Source: Camelus ferus (lineage: Eukaryota). Taken from it: DNA of 64,000 nucleotides. Position numbers and translations under genes: made by a program. The stretch covers positions 37,138,001 to 37,202,000 of the forward strand of contig NC_045711.1 of NCBI RefSeq assembly GCF_009834535.1. Direction: 5' to 3'. Of the stretch, positions 23,964 through 35,852 are shown in pieces (positions within the stretch are counted from its first letter, which is position 1; each line of letters starts with the position of its first letter). The notes under the pieces were generated by a model that worked only from the letters and a program-made list of their open reading frames with translations, did no database searches and was not told the origin of the DNA.

Positions 23964-25141
23964 TATGTCAGTGACTACAGGCAGCAGCAGTGCCCTGAAG
24001 ATTAGCAGAGTGGGTGGCAGGAGGGAGTGGGGGAAGGACACCCAGTCTTGGAAAGAGTGAGGGACTCCTACTTCTCCCTCCCTCTAGCCCCAGAGGGGAG
24101 AGGGGGACCCTGTAGGGGGCCTTCTGAGCCCCACTTGTGGGCACCGATGATCTCGCACCCACCAGTCTTTTGGTGGACAGCAGAACAAGTGCCCTGCCCC
24201 AAGCTGTCCTGCCTCCAGGCTTCAGGAACACAAACCATTGTCTTCACTCTGCATGTGTCTCTCATCCAATTATAAAATAGGATGCTACCTAAAACATGGG
24301 AGTGCGTTTGGTATTTGAGTAAGAGGGGCCCACAGGGGCCTTGGCTTAGGGAAGAGCAGCAGGCACTGTGGAAAGGAGAGGGTCAGGCGCGCAGCAGAGG
24401 CTCAGCCAGCAGTGTTTGCTGGGGTCGGGAGGCGGCAGCTGCAGGGGCTGACAGGCCTGGGTGGACAGAGATTACACAGCAAGGAAGGGGCCTTTAGAAC
24501 TGGGACAAAGTGGGCCTTGCCCCCTTGGACAGCAGCCTCTTCCTTTCCTGTTTCAGCATCTTTAAGAGGATGAGACACTTTCTTGATTCCCACGATCCAG
24601 AGGCCAAATGTAACTGCTCACGCACAGCCCCCCAACTCTGATGTCTAGCATCATCCCAACTACCTTCTCCACCATCTCTACCTGCCCCACCTCCAGCCTG
24701 TATGGGGGGAGTCCTCCTGGGCTTGACCTCTCTGTACCCACACCTAGGGGCCAGGACCCCCTCTACTCCTCCCCAGCACCCCTTCCCTTACCACTTACAC
24801 TATAGTTCGCCCAAGTGCTGAGAACCAAGCTCCCATGGGCCCACAGCCTGCCCACGTGGCTGCTCAGTGGGGCTGAGACACTTGAACCATCACTCAGGAG
24901 GCTCCTCTTCGATTTGGGCAGGCCAGGAATTCTGTCTGGTGACTACTCCAGGTGGCAGGGTAGCCCCACCCACCCGCAGGCTGGTCAGGGTTAGTCTAGA
25001 AGAATAAGCCTCTGGCCAGGGCCTCCGTGCCTGTGAGGACTTCCCCTTCCTGTCTCAGAGTCCTGGTTTTCCTCCAGCAGCCCGAGGAAACTCAAAGGCC
25101 CAGTTCCCAGATACCCCCAGACACCTCAGGCTCTGGCAACA

Positions 25142-25155
25142 GTTGCCATGACAAC
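25142..25155. promoter_or_regulatory. RFX X-box GTTGCCATGACAAC in the GFAP 3'UTR
   Basis: 13/14 to the palindrome GTTGCCATGGCAAC. Confidence 0.6.
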
Positions 25156-25495
25156 AGGGATTCGGGAGATGGAGGGTGATTTATTAGGTCTCCCTGCCCT
25201 CCCCAACTTCTCTCTTCCCTCCCAATTCTAACCCAAGCTGCTGGCCATGCCCCTCCCAGCCGCCCCTTCGGGGTGAGTGCCCTGTTAGTTGGACTTGCTG
25301 GGTACGGGGTGGGTGCTGTCTGGCAGACTTAATGCTGATGGAGCCTAGGGCAACAAGCTGGTATAGAGATAGAGAGGGAAGAGGAGCAGCTGCGGGGGTG
25401 GGAACTCAAGTCTGGGGAACACAGCTAGTAGAGGAGGGGCAACTACCCCGACTCCTGCTGCAGGCTCCTCATACTGTGACTGGGTGGGTCCTGCC

Positions 25496-25537
25496 TCACA
25501 TCACGTCCTTGTGCTCCTGCTTGGACTCCTTAATGAC
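25496..25537 (-). CDS. GFAP: GFAP exon 9, VIKESKQEHKDVM-stop; alpha isoform totals 428 aa
   Basis: 42 nt after an AG acceptor; sum of exons 1-9 is 1287 nt = 429 codons. Confidence 0.98.
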   Translation of the reverse strand, partial: VIKESKQEHKDVM

Positions 25538-26069
25538 CTGCAGGGGACAGAGAAGCTGCCACAGTTAGGAGCTCACACAGATTCCAAGTCTACCACTGCT
25601 AGGCTATGTGACCTTGGACAAGTCCCCAGCCTTCCTGGGTCATCTTTTCTAGGGTAGTAGCCAGAAGACGCCCATGCAGCAGTCAGAGAGGAAGATGAAG
25701 TAACACTGGTAAGCACCTAGCACTGTGCGTGGCACGTGGTGAGCTGATGACATAAGATTAGCTAGTACTGTTGCTGGTGGGATGGGGAGGGGGCCATGCC
25801 TAGTCCCCTCTTCCCAATCTTCTGGCAAGTTCCTTTCACTAAGCTGAAGTTGAAAGTTGGGAGTGAAAGCTGCTAACTATAATTTTCTTTCTCTCTCCCC
25901 CAGGCCTGGTGTTGGGGGTGAGAAAGGGAAAAAGCCAGAATCAGGACCCCATCCAGTGACCTAGGCACCCAGGCTCCCCTTAAAACTGCCAGTGGAGGGG
26001 CTGGGGTAGTAAATTACATTTGGGTTCTTTCTGTCTTCCAGAGCCTCCCCAGGGAGCTCTTGTGAGTTA

Positions 26070-26276
<207 letters not shown>

Positions 26277-26526
26277 CTAGACATCCTCTCCCACCCCCGG
26301 TTTCCCCATAAAACCCCCAATCACGAGTCCAAAAGCCTATCCAACACAGCAGAGAGGGCCTAGTTTTTCCAAAGGGGCTGGTGACCTCCTAAATCTCCAC
26401 CATGCTAGGCAAGTCCTGGCCGCTCCGTCCAGTGCTCTGCTCACTTTGCTGGCCTGGCTGCCTTTTAGTCCCTCTGCAAGCCCTTGCCTGGCTTCCTGAC
26501 AACCCAGTGCCATGCCAAGGAACGAA

Positions 26527-26730
26527 CACGTGGGCTCTGAAGTCAGGCAGGTCAGAGCTTGAGTCCCAACTCAGCCACACGACTGTGGGCAAGTTGATTT
26601 ACTTCTTCCAGCCTCAGTTTCCCCATCTGCAAAATGGAGATGCTGGTATCTACCTCCCGAGGTGAGAGTGAGGAGTCAGTTCACTGTGATAGTGTGTGCT
26701 AAGCGACTGGCACATATTAGTGCTCAGTAC
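26527..26730 (+). mobile_element. MIR SINE in GFAP intron 7
   Basis: GGCTCTGAAGTCAGGCAG...GCCTCAGTTTCCCCATCTGCAAAATGG. Confidence 0.75.
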
Positions 26731-27031
26731 ATGTGGGTCCCCTCCCCATTCCTACTTCTCTCTGCCACTTCTCTGGGCCCTAGTGACCCTTTACTGTCTG
26801 GCAGTTGGCAGTGTTGCCTCTACCTGGTCTGCCTTCTGATGCTGAACTAAGCCCTGACACATGCATAGCTAGTGTTCCTAAATTTCTAGCCCAGAATTTT
26901 TCTCCTTAGCTAAGAATCATGTGAGGGCCACATATGAGTAAGAAGTAATTTAGATTTTCCCCTCCTCAGAGAGAAAAATATAACATGTCACACTCACTAA
27001 TATATAAAATTAAGAGCAGGGAACATAAAAT

Positions 27032-27037
27032 TTTATT
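27032..27037 (-). terminator. GFAP: Candidate poly(A) signal for GFAP delta/kappa transcripts
   Basis: AATAAA on the minus strand about 400 nt past the exon 7a stop. Confidence 0.55.
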
Positions 27038-27436
27038 CACTCCAAGAGGAAATAATCCTCTGGGCTGAATCAGCACTGAGCTGAACAAGGGAGTCTCAGG
27101 GAAAGAAGAATCATAGGGCACAGTGAGACCCTAGGAACCCTCCCAGTGGTGGGGAAGAGCGGAGGCAGAGGCTGGTGTTTGCTCAGAGGCCCCAGAGCAT
27201 CCCATCTGAGCACCCGAGGACTTACCACCTTGAACACCAGCCAGCTCTGCTACCTTAAGCTACATTTACCCTGTGCCAGGTCCAGGGCTGGGCGCTGAGG
27301 TTGCTGGGGAAATGACACAGGCTTGGCCCTTTAGAGAAACCTAGGAGGGGGGAGCCCAAGAGGATGGGGAAAATGGGCTTGGTGAGGCTCGCCCCCTGTC
27401 AAGCTGAGAAAAGCACAATGTCTAAGAGGCAGGCAG

Positions 27437-27561
27437 CTAACCGAGAGCCGGCGGGGCTCCGTTTACAATCTGGTGAGCCTGTATTGGTATAACTTGTATT
27501 GTGAGGCTTTTGAGATGTCTTGTGACCTTGTGACCTTCCCCTTCTTTGGTGCTTTTGCCCC
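27437..27561 (-). CDS. GFAP: GFAP alternative terminal exon 7a (delta/epsilon tail GGKSTKEGEGHKVTRHLKSLTIQVIPIQAHQIVNGAPPALG-stop)
   Basis: CTACAG acceptor, phase 1 matching exon 7, 41-aa tail matching the known delta tail; absent from the supplied ORF track. Confidence 0.93.
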
Positions 27562-27920
27562 CTGTAGTGACAAGCAGTTAAGAAAACACAAACATCAAAC
27601 ACTCGGATGGGTAGAGCTTGCTCAGGGATCTGCGGACAGGACAGAGGTTAAGACCCTCACCCAGATTTACAGTGGAACAGGGAGCGGGGGTGGGGGGTGG
27701 GACACAGGGCAGAGCAGGACAGGAGTGGCCGCAGGCCTCACCTGCATGCCCTGGGGTGGTGTGTTCTGCCTAGAAGTTCTGTGGTAAATCATGAAGGCCC
27801 CCAAGGAGAGCCCCAGACCCCTTTGCCCTAGTCCTCGGCCCCAGGCCAGAGCCACAACCGACAGGCTCGGGGGAAAGGGCAGGAATCCAACACTCTGCCC
27901 ACAGGCCCTGCTCTACTGAC

Positions 27921-27964
27921 CTCGGATCTGCAGGTTGGAGAAGGTCTGCACAGGAATGGTGATG
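27921..27964 (-). CDS. GFAP: GFAP exon 7, ITIPVQTFSNLQIR
   Basis: 44 nt, AG/GT flanks. Confidence 0.98.
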
Positions 27965-28498
27965 CTGAAAGACAGCAGAGGGAGAGAGGTGACCAGGCTG
28001 CCCGAGGACATCCCCAGGCCAAGTCCTGGTCTAGGGTCATCATGATAGCCTCAAACCCTTTTCCTTGGCAGGAAAGGCCAACCCCATGTCTTAGCTTCCC
28101 CAGCAGCCAGCACAATCTCTGGAGCTATCTGTGAGGGGAACATCTCTAATCAAAGGGAAGTGTATGCTCCTAGGATGTGGGGGAGGGAGTAGAGGTGGGG
28201 GTGGAGAGGCAGGAGTGGCAAAGAGAGTTCCTAGGAGGCAGAATAGACTCGACAGGGGAAAAAAAGTCTGATCTTTGTTGGTGAGCCTCTTAATTTGGGA
28301 GGTGACCCAAGTCCTCACCCTGGGACCTAATCCATATCAGTTGAACTGAATCCACTCATTCATTCCTCAGACATTTACTGAATACCAATTGTGTGTTAGG
28401 CAAGTGCTGCACTGGCCACTTGGATAGGAGGGGGCTGGACGCAGGGCTGAGTAAGACAGTCCCTGAAGGGAGCAAGGCGACTCTAGGGAGAGGCCTCA

Positions 28499-28879
<381 letters not shown>

Positions 28880-28882
28880 TCA

Positions 28883-29059
<177 letters not shown>

Positions 29060-30227
29060 TTATGCTGAGGGGCGGGCTGGGACTGCGTATCGCCGGAGCT
29101 GTGTGAGCCCATGGGAAGGCACGGGAAATCGGGGGGGGGGGGACTCCGGGGTTGTCCAGCTCACCCCAGACCATTGGCCCCGGGTAGGATTATTCCCAGC
29201 GACTATGGCCCACGGATAGGGGACACAGAAGCCACTGCTATGTCTCCAGCACCTAGCACAGTGCCTGGGCAGGGAATGAATGAACAGTGTTTGCCACAGA
29301 ATCCAGAATCTCCAGCCCTGGCAGCTTCATCTACAGGACTGAACCCTGTCCTCCCCCACCATACACAGGGGCTTCTGGTGAGCAGAGGCCTGGGTTCCAA
29401 TAGCCCTCCATCCCCCAGCTTGCAGTCAAGCCTTAACAGCTCCATCACGCCTTGACCTACTCAGAACCATCATTAGCTTCTGCCATTTACACTCCTCAGC
29501 TCCATGCTCTGGGCCAGGATCTCTGGGCCGCCAACTCTCTGTGCTTTTTGGCCTCTATTCAGGCTCTGTCCTGCACTCTGAATGCCCCTTGCCTCTTCTC
29601 TTTATGTTCACAGTCTGCCAGTCCTGCCTGGCCCAGTGCCCTCCCTTCTATGATATTCTCCCTGCCCCCACACCACATATAAACTCTGCCCTACAGTGTT
29701 CTCCGTAGACATCATATTTGGGTGGCATCACTTCTCCCTGGTCAGACATGTCTCTGTATCCTAGGAAGTGCCTGGCATGCAGTAGATACTCAATGACCTA
29801 GGACATAGATGGCAGAGGCATCAAGAATGTAGGCTCCCAAATGAGATAGCTAGGATTGGAAATTCAGCTCTACTGCTTAGGAGCAGTGTGACTCTGGGCA
29901 AATTAGTTAACCTTTCTGGACTTCATTTCAATCATCTATCAAAGAACAATACCTACGTCATAGTAAGATAATCTATGCAAAGCACAGGGCCTAATACACA
30001 ACAGTGTTGGCTAACAGTAATAGTAGCAATAATATTCCTACTAATAAGTACTTATTGGAAGTAATAGTGCCTGTGTGACCCTGGGCAAGTCATTTCAGTT
30101 TTCTGGTGAAGGTCAGTCACTCAGAGGGGATCCTCGCCCAGCTTTCTCCACTCCCCTCCGCCAGTTCTTTTGTATGGAGCCAGGAGAGCTGCCTGGAGCA
30201 GGCATGGTGGCCCATAGTTAGAGCTAC

Positions 30228-30389
30228 CTTGGACCGGTACCACTCCTCTGCCTCATGCATGTTGCTGGAAGCCACTGCCTCGTACTGCGTGCGGATCTCT
30301 CTCAGGGCTGCTGTGAGATCGGGCTTGGCCACATCCATCTCCACATGGACCTGCTGCTGAGCCAGCTGCTCCTGGAGCTCCCGCACCTC
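30228..30389 (-). CDS. GFAP: GFAP exon 4, [54 protein letters not shown]
   Basis: 162 nt, AG/GT flanks. Confidence 0.98.
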
Positions 30390-30989
30390 CTGGCCAGGGT
30401 GAGAGAAGGGATTCCAAGGCTCAGGGACCAGGCTGCAACTGGGGTTTCCCCATAGCATCATGCCCTCTTCTGCCTGCCCCTCAGACACAGACATTGACTA
30501 AGGGAAATGGGGCATTCCTAGTTGGAGGAAGTGGCATGGCCCAGGCTAGAGGAGGCAGAGGGTAGTTTGGGGGCTTCATGGTGTCCTCCCCCCAGGTCCA
30601 GAAGGCAGGAGCACTGAAATTGTATCTTTGTTCTCATGGGACAGGGACAGTCCCTGTGTTGTGGGTGTGCCTGCGGGTTCCCAGTTTCCATGAGGTCATA
30701 GATTCTGAATCCATAAATCTGAAGTCACAGCTCAGTGGGGTCTTTTTGTAATGAATGGCTCTCATTTAAATGGAGACAGATGGCAGAGGGGTTGGAGTCA
30801 GAGACTAACTATGTGACCTTAGCAAGTTCTTTAACCTCTCTGGGCTTCAGTGTCCTCCTCTGTGAAAAGGCGATAACGCAGGAAGGGTTCCTATCTCATG
30901 GGCTGTAGTGAAGAGAAATATGGGGCAATAAGGTCTGTTGTAATTCTCAGTAAGTCGAGTGTGCGTCTTGTGTGCATTTTACCAGGGGC

Positions 30990-31337
<348 letters not shown>

Positions 31338-31473
31338 CTAGTCTTATCTAATCCCTCCTTTTGTGGCAGAGGGGAGCAGCACATTGCTCTGGAGGGCTGG
31401 ACTTCAGAGCTGTGTTTGGGTGGGCTGCCATCAACCCCTTCCCCACTCCCCAGCCCCTCCCCACCGCCCTGAC

Positions 31474-31534
31474 CTGTCGATAGGCAGCCAGGTTGTTCTC
31501 GGCCTCCAGCCTCAGGTTGGTTTCATCCTGGAGC
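31474..31534 (-). CDS. GFAP: GFAP exon 2, LQDETNLRLEAENNLAAYRQ
   Basis: 61 nt, AG/GT flanks. Confidence 0.98.
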
Positions 31535-32469
31535 CTGGGGTAAGGGGACACATTCCTGGGTCCAGGTTCTTCTGAGGACTTTTGGACACCTACCCTAGAG
31601 GAGGCTGCCAGAGGGACCCCCCGCCCGACAACCCAGAACCAGTGGAGTGGCAGGAGGAGTGAAGGGCCAAAGGATCCTAGACAGAGCCTTGGCCAGGAGG
31701 GTGAGCAGGCAAGGGCTTTTGCTTTAACTCATTACCTAAGGTGCCTTATCAGGGTTGGTGCACCTGCTTCTGCTCACACAGGCGCTTCCACCAACGTATA
31801 CTCACTGCTGCACGCACACATACGCACACACACATCCTCCCACACTTGAGGGCACCCACACATGCCCTGCCAACTCAGCAGAGACTGTGCCCTGGGGTTT
31901 CCTCTGACCTATGGAAAAGAGTTTTATGAAGATCTCTACTTCACAGCTGAGCAAGTGTAAGTGCCTTAACCGGGGTCATAAGCTGGCAACAGGCAGAGTC
32001 ACCTGTGTTCTGAAGCCAGGACGCGGCCTTCCTGCTCTATCCCGTACTTCCTTTCCCCTCTGAGCCCAGTCCTCCTAGTGCACAATCTTCCCTTCCAATT
32101 CCTTCTCGGTACACACCCGGGCTCAGAATAGGTGCGCACCCCGCCCACAGTCACAAGGCCCCACGGTGAATGAGAAACCAGAGACCCTGCCTGCTGGGGT
32201 CCCTGACTCTCCTGCACAGCTTTCCCCAGGTGAGAGTACCTGGCTCCCAGGCAGAAGGTCTTTGAGAGTTAGATTCCTGAGACTCTGGGGCCTCCTCCCA
32301 GGCCCCCCACCATCTTTGGAAGCAAAGACAGCCCTCCCCTCCCAGAGATGGGGAATCCCATGGGCAAGGAGGCCAAGCCCCTGCTCGAGACCCTGCAGGC
32401 CTGCAGGTGATCCCTCTTGGGGGCTCAGTCCTCCCTTTTCACGAAGGCCCCTCCACAACCCCCTCCTCA

Positions 32470-33069
<600 letters not shown>

Positions 33070-34185
33070 TCACCCCATCGAGGTCACTGTGCCCAGAGGC
33101 AGGGCCTCCTGGGCACGCCAGCCCCGGCCTGGCTACAGACATGGGTACTAGTAGGCAGTGCCTGGGGCAGATGCTAAGTCTGGGGCTCTGACCACTGGGC
33201 AAGGAGACCCTTTCTCTAGGAAGGTGGGTCAAGGAAGGGCTGGACCAGATGACCTCTGACCTGCCTTCTAACTCTTAGATCCCATGACCCAGGCCTTCCT
33301 CACTCAGCATTCTCCTTTGAGAGCCTGCTAGATGCTGGGAATTTGGCGAAGAACAAGTCTGTTCTGAACCCTCAAGGAACAGCCTATGTTACAGTTTCCT
33401 TCCAGCCTCATTCCCAACAGATTCCCAGAGACCTCCCCTCTGAATACAGGCATCCAGCATTCCTGCTTTCTCTCTGTTCCCTGGAGTTGTGGGGCTGTGG
33501 GTTGTAATTAGAACCAGCCCTTTGTCTGAAGGGTCAATTAAGGCCTCTATCTAGCAGTGGAGGGGATGATGGAAGGAACATGGGGCCCTTGATAGGAAAG
33601 AGGGGGCCGGTGCTGCCCTCCCTGGTCCTCTCCTTGGGCCACTCTTAATCCCTGGCCTCAGCCCCACTGTGCTCACCCCTTCCTTGCTCAGCCTCCCTGC
33701 ACCCCCACCCAGATCCCAGGCCTTGACAGCTCCACAAAGCAGTTACGAATGAGCTGGCTGTCCTGACTTCCATCTTTGTTCCTGTAACACCCTGTTTCCC
33801 TGGCCACCCCTCACCTCACTCTCATGCTGGAGATTTATTTCCTTCGAGTTCCCACATACCAGGCTGAGAAGCTGGGAAAGGTCTCTGGGGAGGGGTAAGT
33901 TTGGGAACCTAGGAGCCAGTGGGTCCAAACTGGGAGCCTGGGGCCTGAGCCCTGTTGCTCCTTGAGATTTCAGATCCACTCACCCTTTCTATCTGGTCCT
34001 GCAGGGTCAGCATCCTGCCTGGGCCCCTCACCCGTCTGTGTCCCTGGACTTCTGGGAAGTGGCAGCCTTCCTCTCCCTGCCCCCACCCCTGCCCACTGCC
34101 CATGCCTGGGCCGCTGAGCCCTTTTCCCGGGCACTTGCTGAATGGAGCCTTGTTCTCCACCACCGGTGAGGGCGTCGCACTGTGA

Positions 34186-34363
34186 GGGCAGCCCCCAGGG
34201 GGCTGTGCTGTTTTTATCCCAAGATGCCAGCCTGTTAGGCGGGGTGCAGCCCAAGCCCCTTGCTCAAAGAGCTTCTCGGAAAGCATCTGAAGGGGGTTGG
34301 GGTGCAGTGGGAAGCAGGCTCTGTGCCCACCTCTGACCGTTGTCTCTGTGCCAAGGTGAGTCA
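34186..34363 (-). promoter_or_regulatory. GFAP: GFAP upstream enhancer (B/C1 region): STAT3 site TTCCGAGAA 34273-34281, AP-1 TGACTCA 34357-34363, NFI half-site 34349-34354, GGGGCTGCCC 34186-34195
   Basis: Exact known GFAP STAT and AP-1 elements about 1.35-1.45 kb upstream of the ATG, in the known order. Confidence 0.85.
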
Positions 34364-35838
34364 TTCCGTGGGCACCAGGGGAAGGCTGTGGGGGGTAGCC
34401 CAGCACTGCCAGGTCTCCAGCTCTGCAGACAAGGCCTGGCTACTTGCCCCCCTCCCCAGCCCTCAGAGCCAACTCATCCCCTGAGTTCCTCTCCAGGCAA
34501 TGCCCCCTCCTCCAACACCCTGAGAGATGCTCTTCATTTGGGTGTGTTATGGGCTGCTTGCCAAGATTTCCCCATGAGTCTCAGGCAGAGAGAGAGATGA
34601 GAGTCCCTAATTCTGACCCTGGACCTGAGCAGTATCATGGGGAGGGGGGAATCTTGAGGAGGAATGTCCAGTGTCTTGATCCTGTTGCGGGTTGGGGAGC
34701 TAGGGAAGGACCACGTGGGGGTGGGGTTAAAGAAAGAACAAAACTGGGGGACAAACCCTTGTTCCAACCTCTCTCCGTGGCTAGGAGTGGCTGTCCTTCC
34801 AGCTTGCCAGGCAAGTCACAGTGTTTGGCCTTCTCTCTTTGTACAAGTGAAATCTAGTTGAAATGAGCGCAAAGCGGTCCTGGAGGGAAAAGATGTAATA
34901 GAGCAGGAAGGGCTTGTCAGGGATGTTCAGTCACTGTACCTTTGTCTGTGAGACACAGGCTTGTTCCAGCAGCGGCAGATGAGGTCCCCTCTTCACCCCT
35001 TCAGCCACCTCGCTGAGCCCCTGTCACAAGCCCAGGCCCTCTCACTTCCTCTTCAACCCCCATCTGATCTTCAGACCATCCCCACACTCAGCCCTTTACT
35101 ATCTGAAGATGTCCACATAGAGAATCTATCAGAAAACACAGATTAACAAAACAAGATAATTAATTAGCCATAATTCTGCCACCTGGAGATATAAACATGA
35201 CCAGATTTTTTCTGTACATAGAAATCAATTTTTTTAAGTGGCCTCATGCGGTACAAATTATTTTGTAATTTGCTTTTTTCACTCAACAATATGTTGAGAA
35301 CATCTTTCCATATCAATAAATATTTATCTACATCATCATTTTAGCAGCTGCATGATTTTCCACTACATGCATTATTGTAACCAAGCCCTATTCTTGGCCA
35401 AGTATGTCCCTCTTTCTCTGCTCTAGATCACATTATGATACGTATCTGCCCCAGGCGGGCACAGCTCCCAGCCTCCACCTCTACCCTACCCTGCTGGCCT
35501 GGCTCAGGGCCCCTTCTCTGTGGCGCCTCCTCTCCTGCTTCCCCAGTCAGAGGGCTTCATCATTTCCAGCCTCAGGCCAGTCCCTAGACTGACTTCTGGA
35601 CCAGATAGCAGAATGCTGTGGGCTGTGGGGAGAGGATGTCTGGACACCCTTTTGTCCCTCGACTTCTGCCCACTGGCTTTGGTTGTGCCCCTGCCCCTCT
35701 CCCAGTGCCTGGCACAGCATGGCGGTCAGCCGTGTGAGTGGGATGGAGAGAACATGGGTCTCTGGCCAACCCCTTGCTAACGGCTGAGTCCATCTATCCC
35801 GTGACCCATCCCTGAGGAAGGGAATGGAGCCCCAGTAA

Positions 35839-35852
35839 CCACTAGATGGCAG
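35839..35852 (+). promoter_or_regulatory. CTCF motif CCACTAGATGGCAG
   Basis: 14/14 match to CCASYAGRKGGCRS; motif only. Confidence 0.65.
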
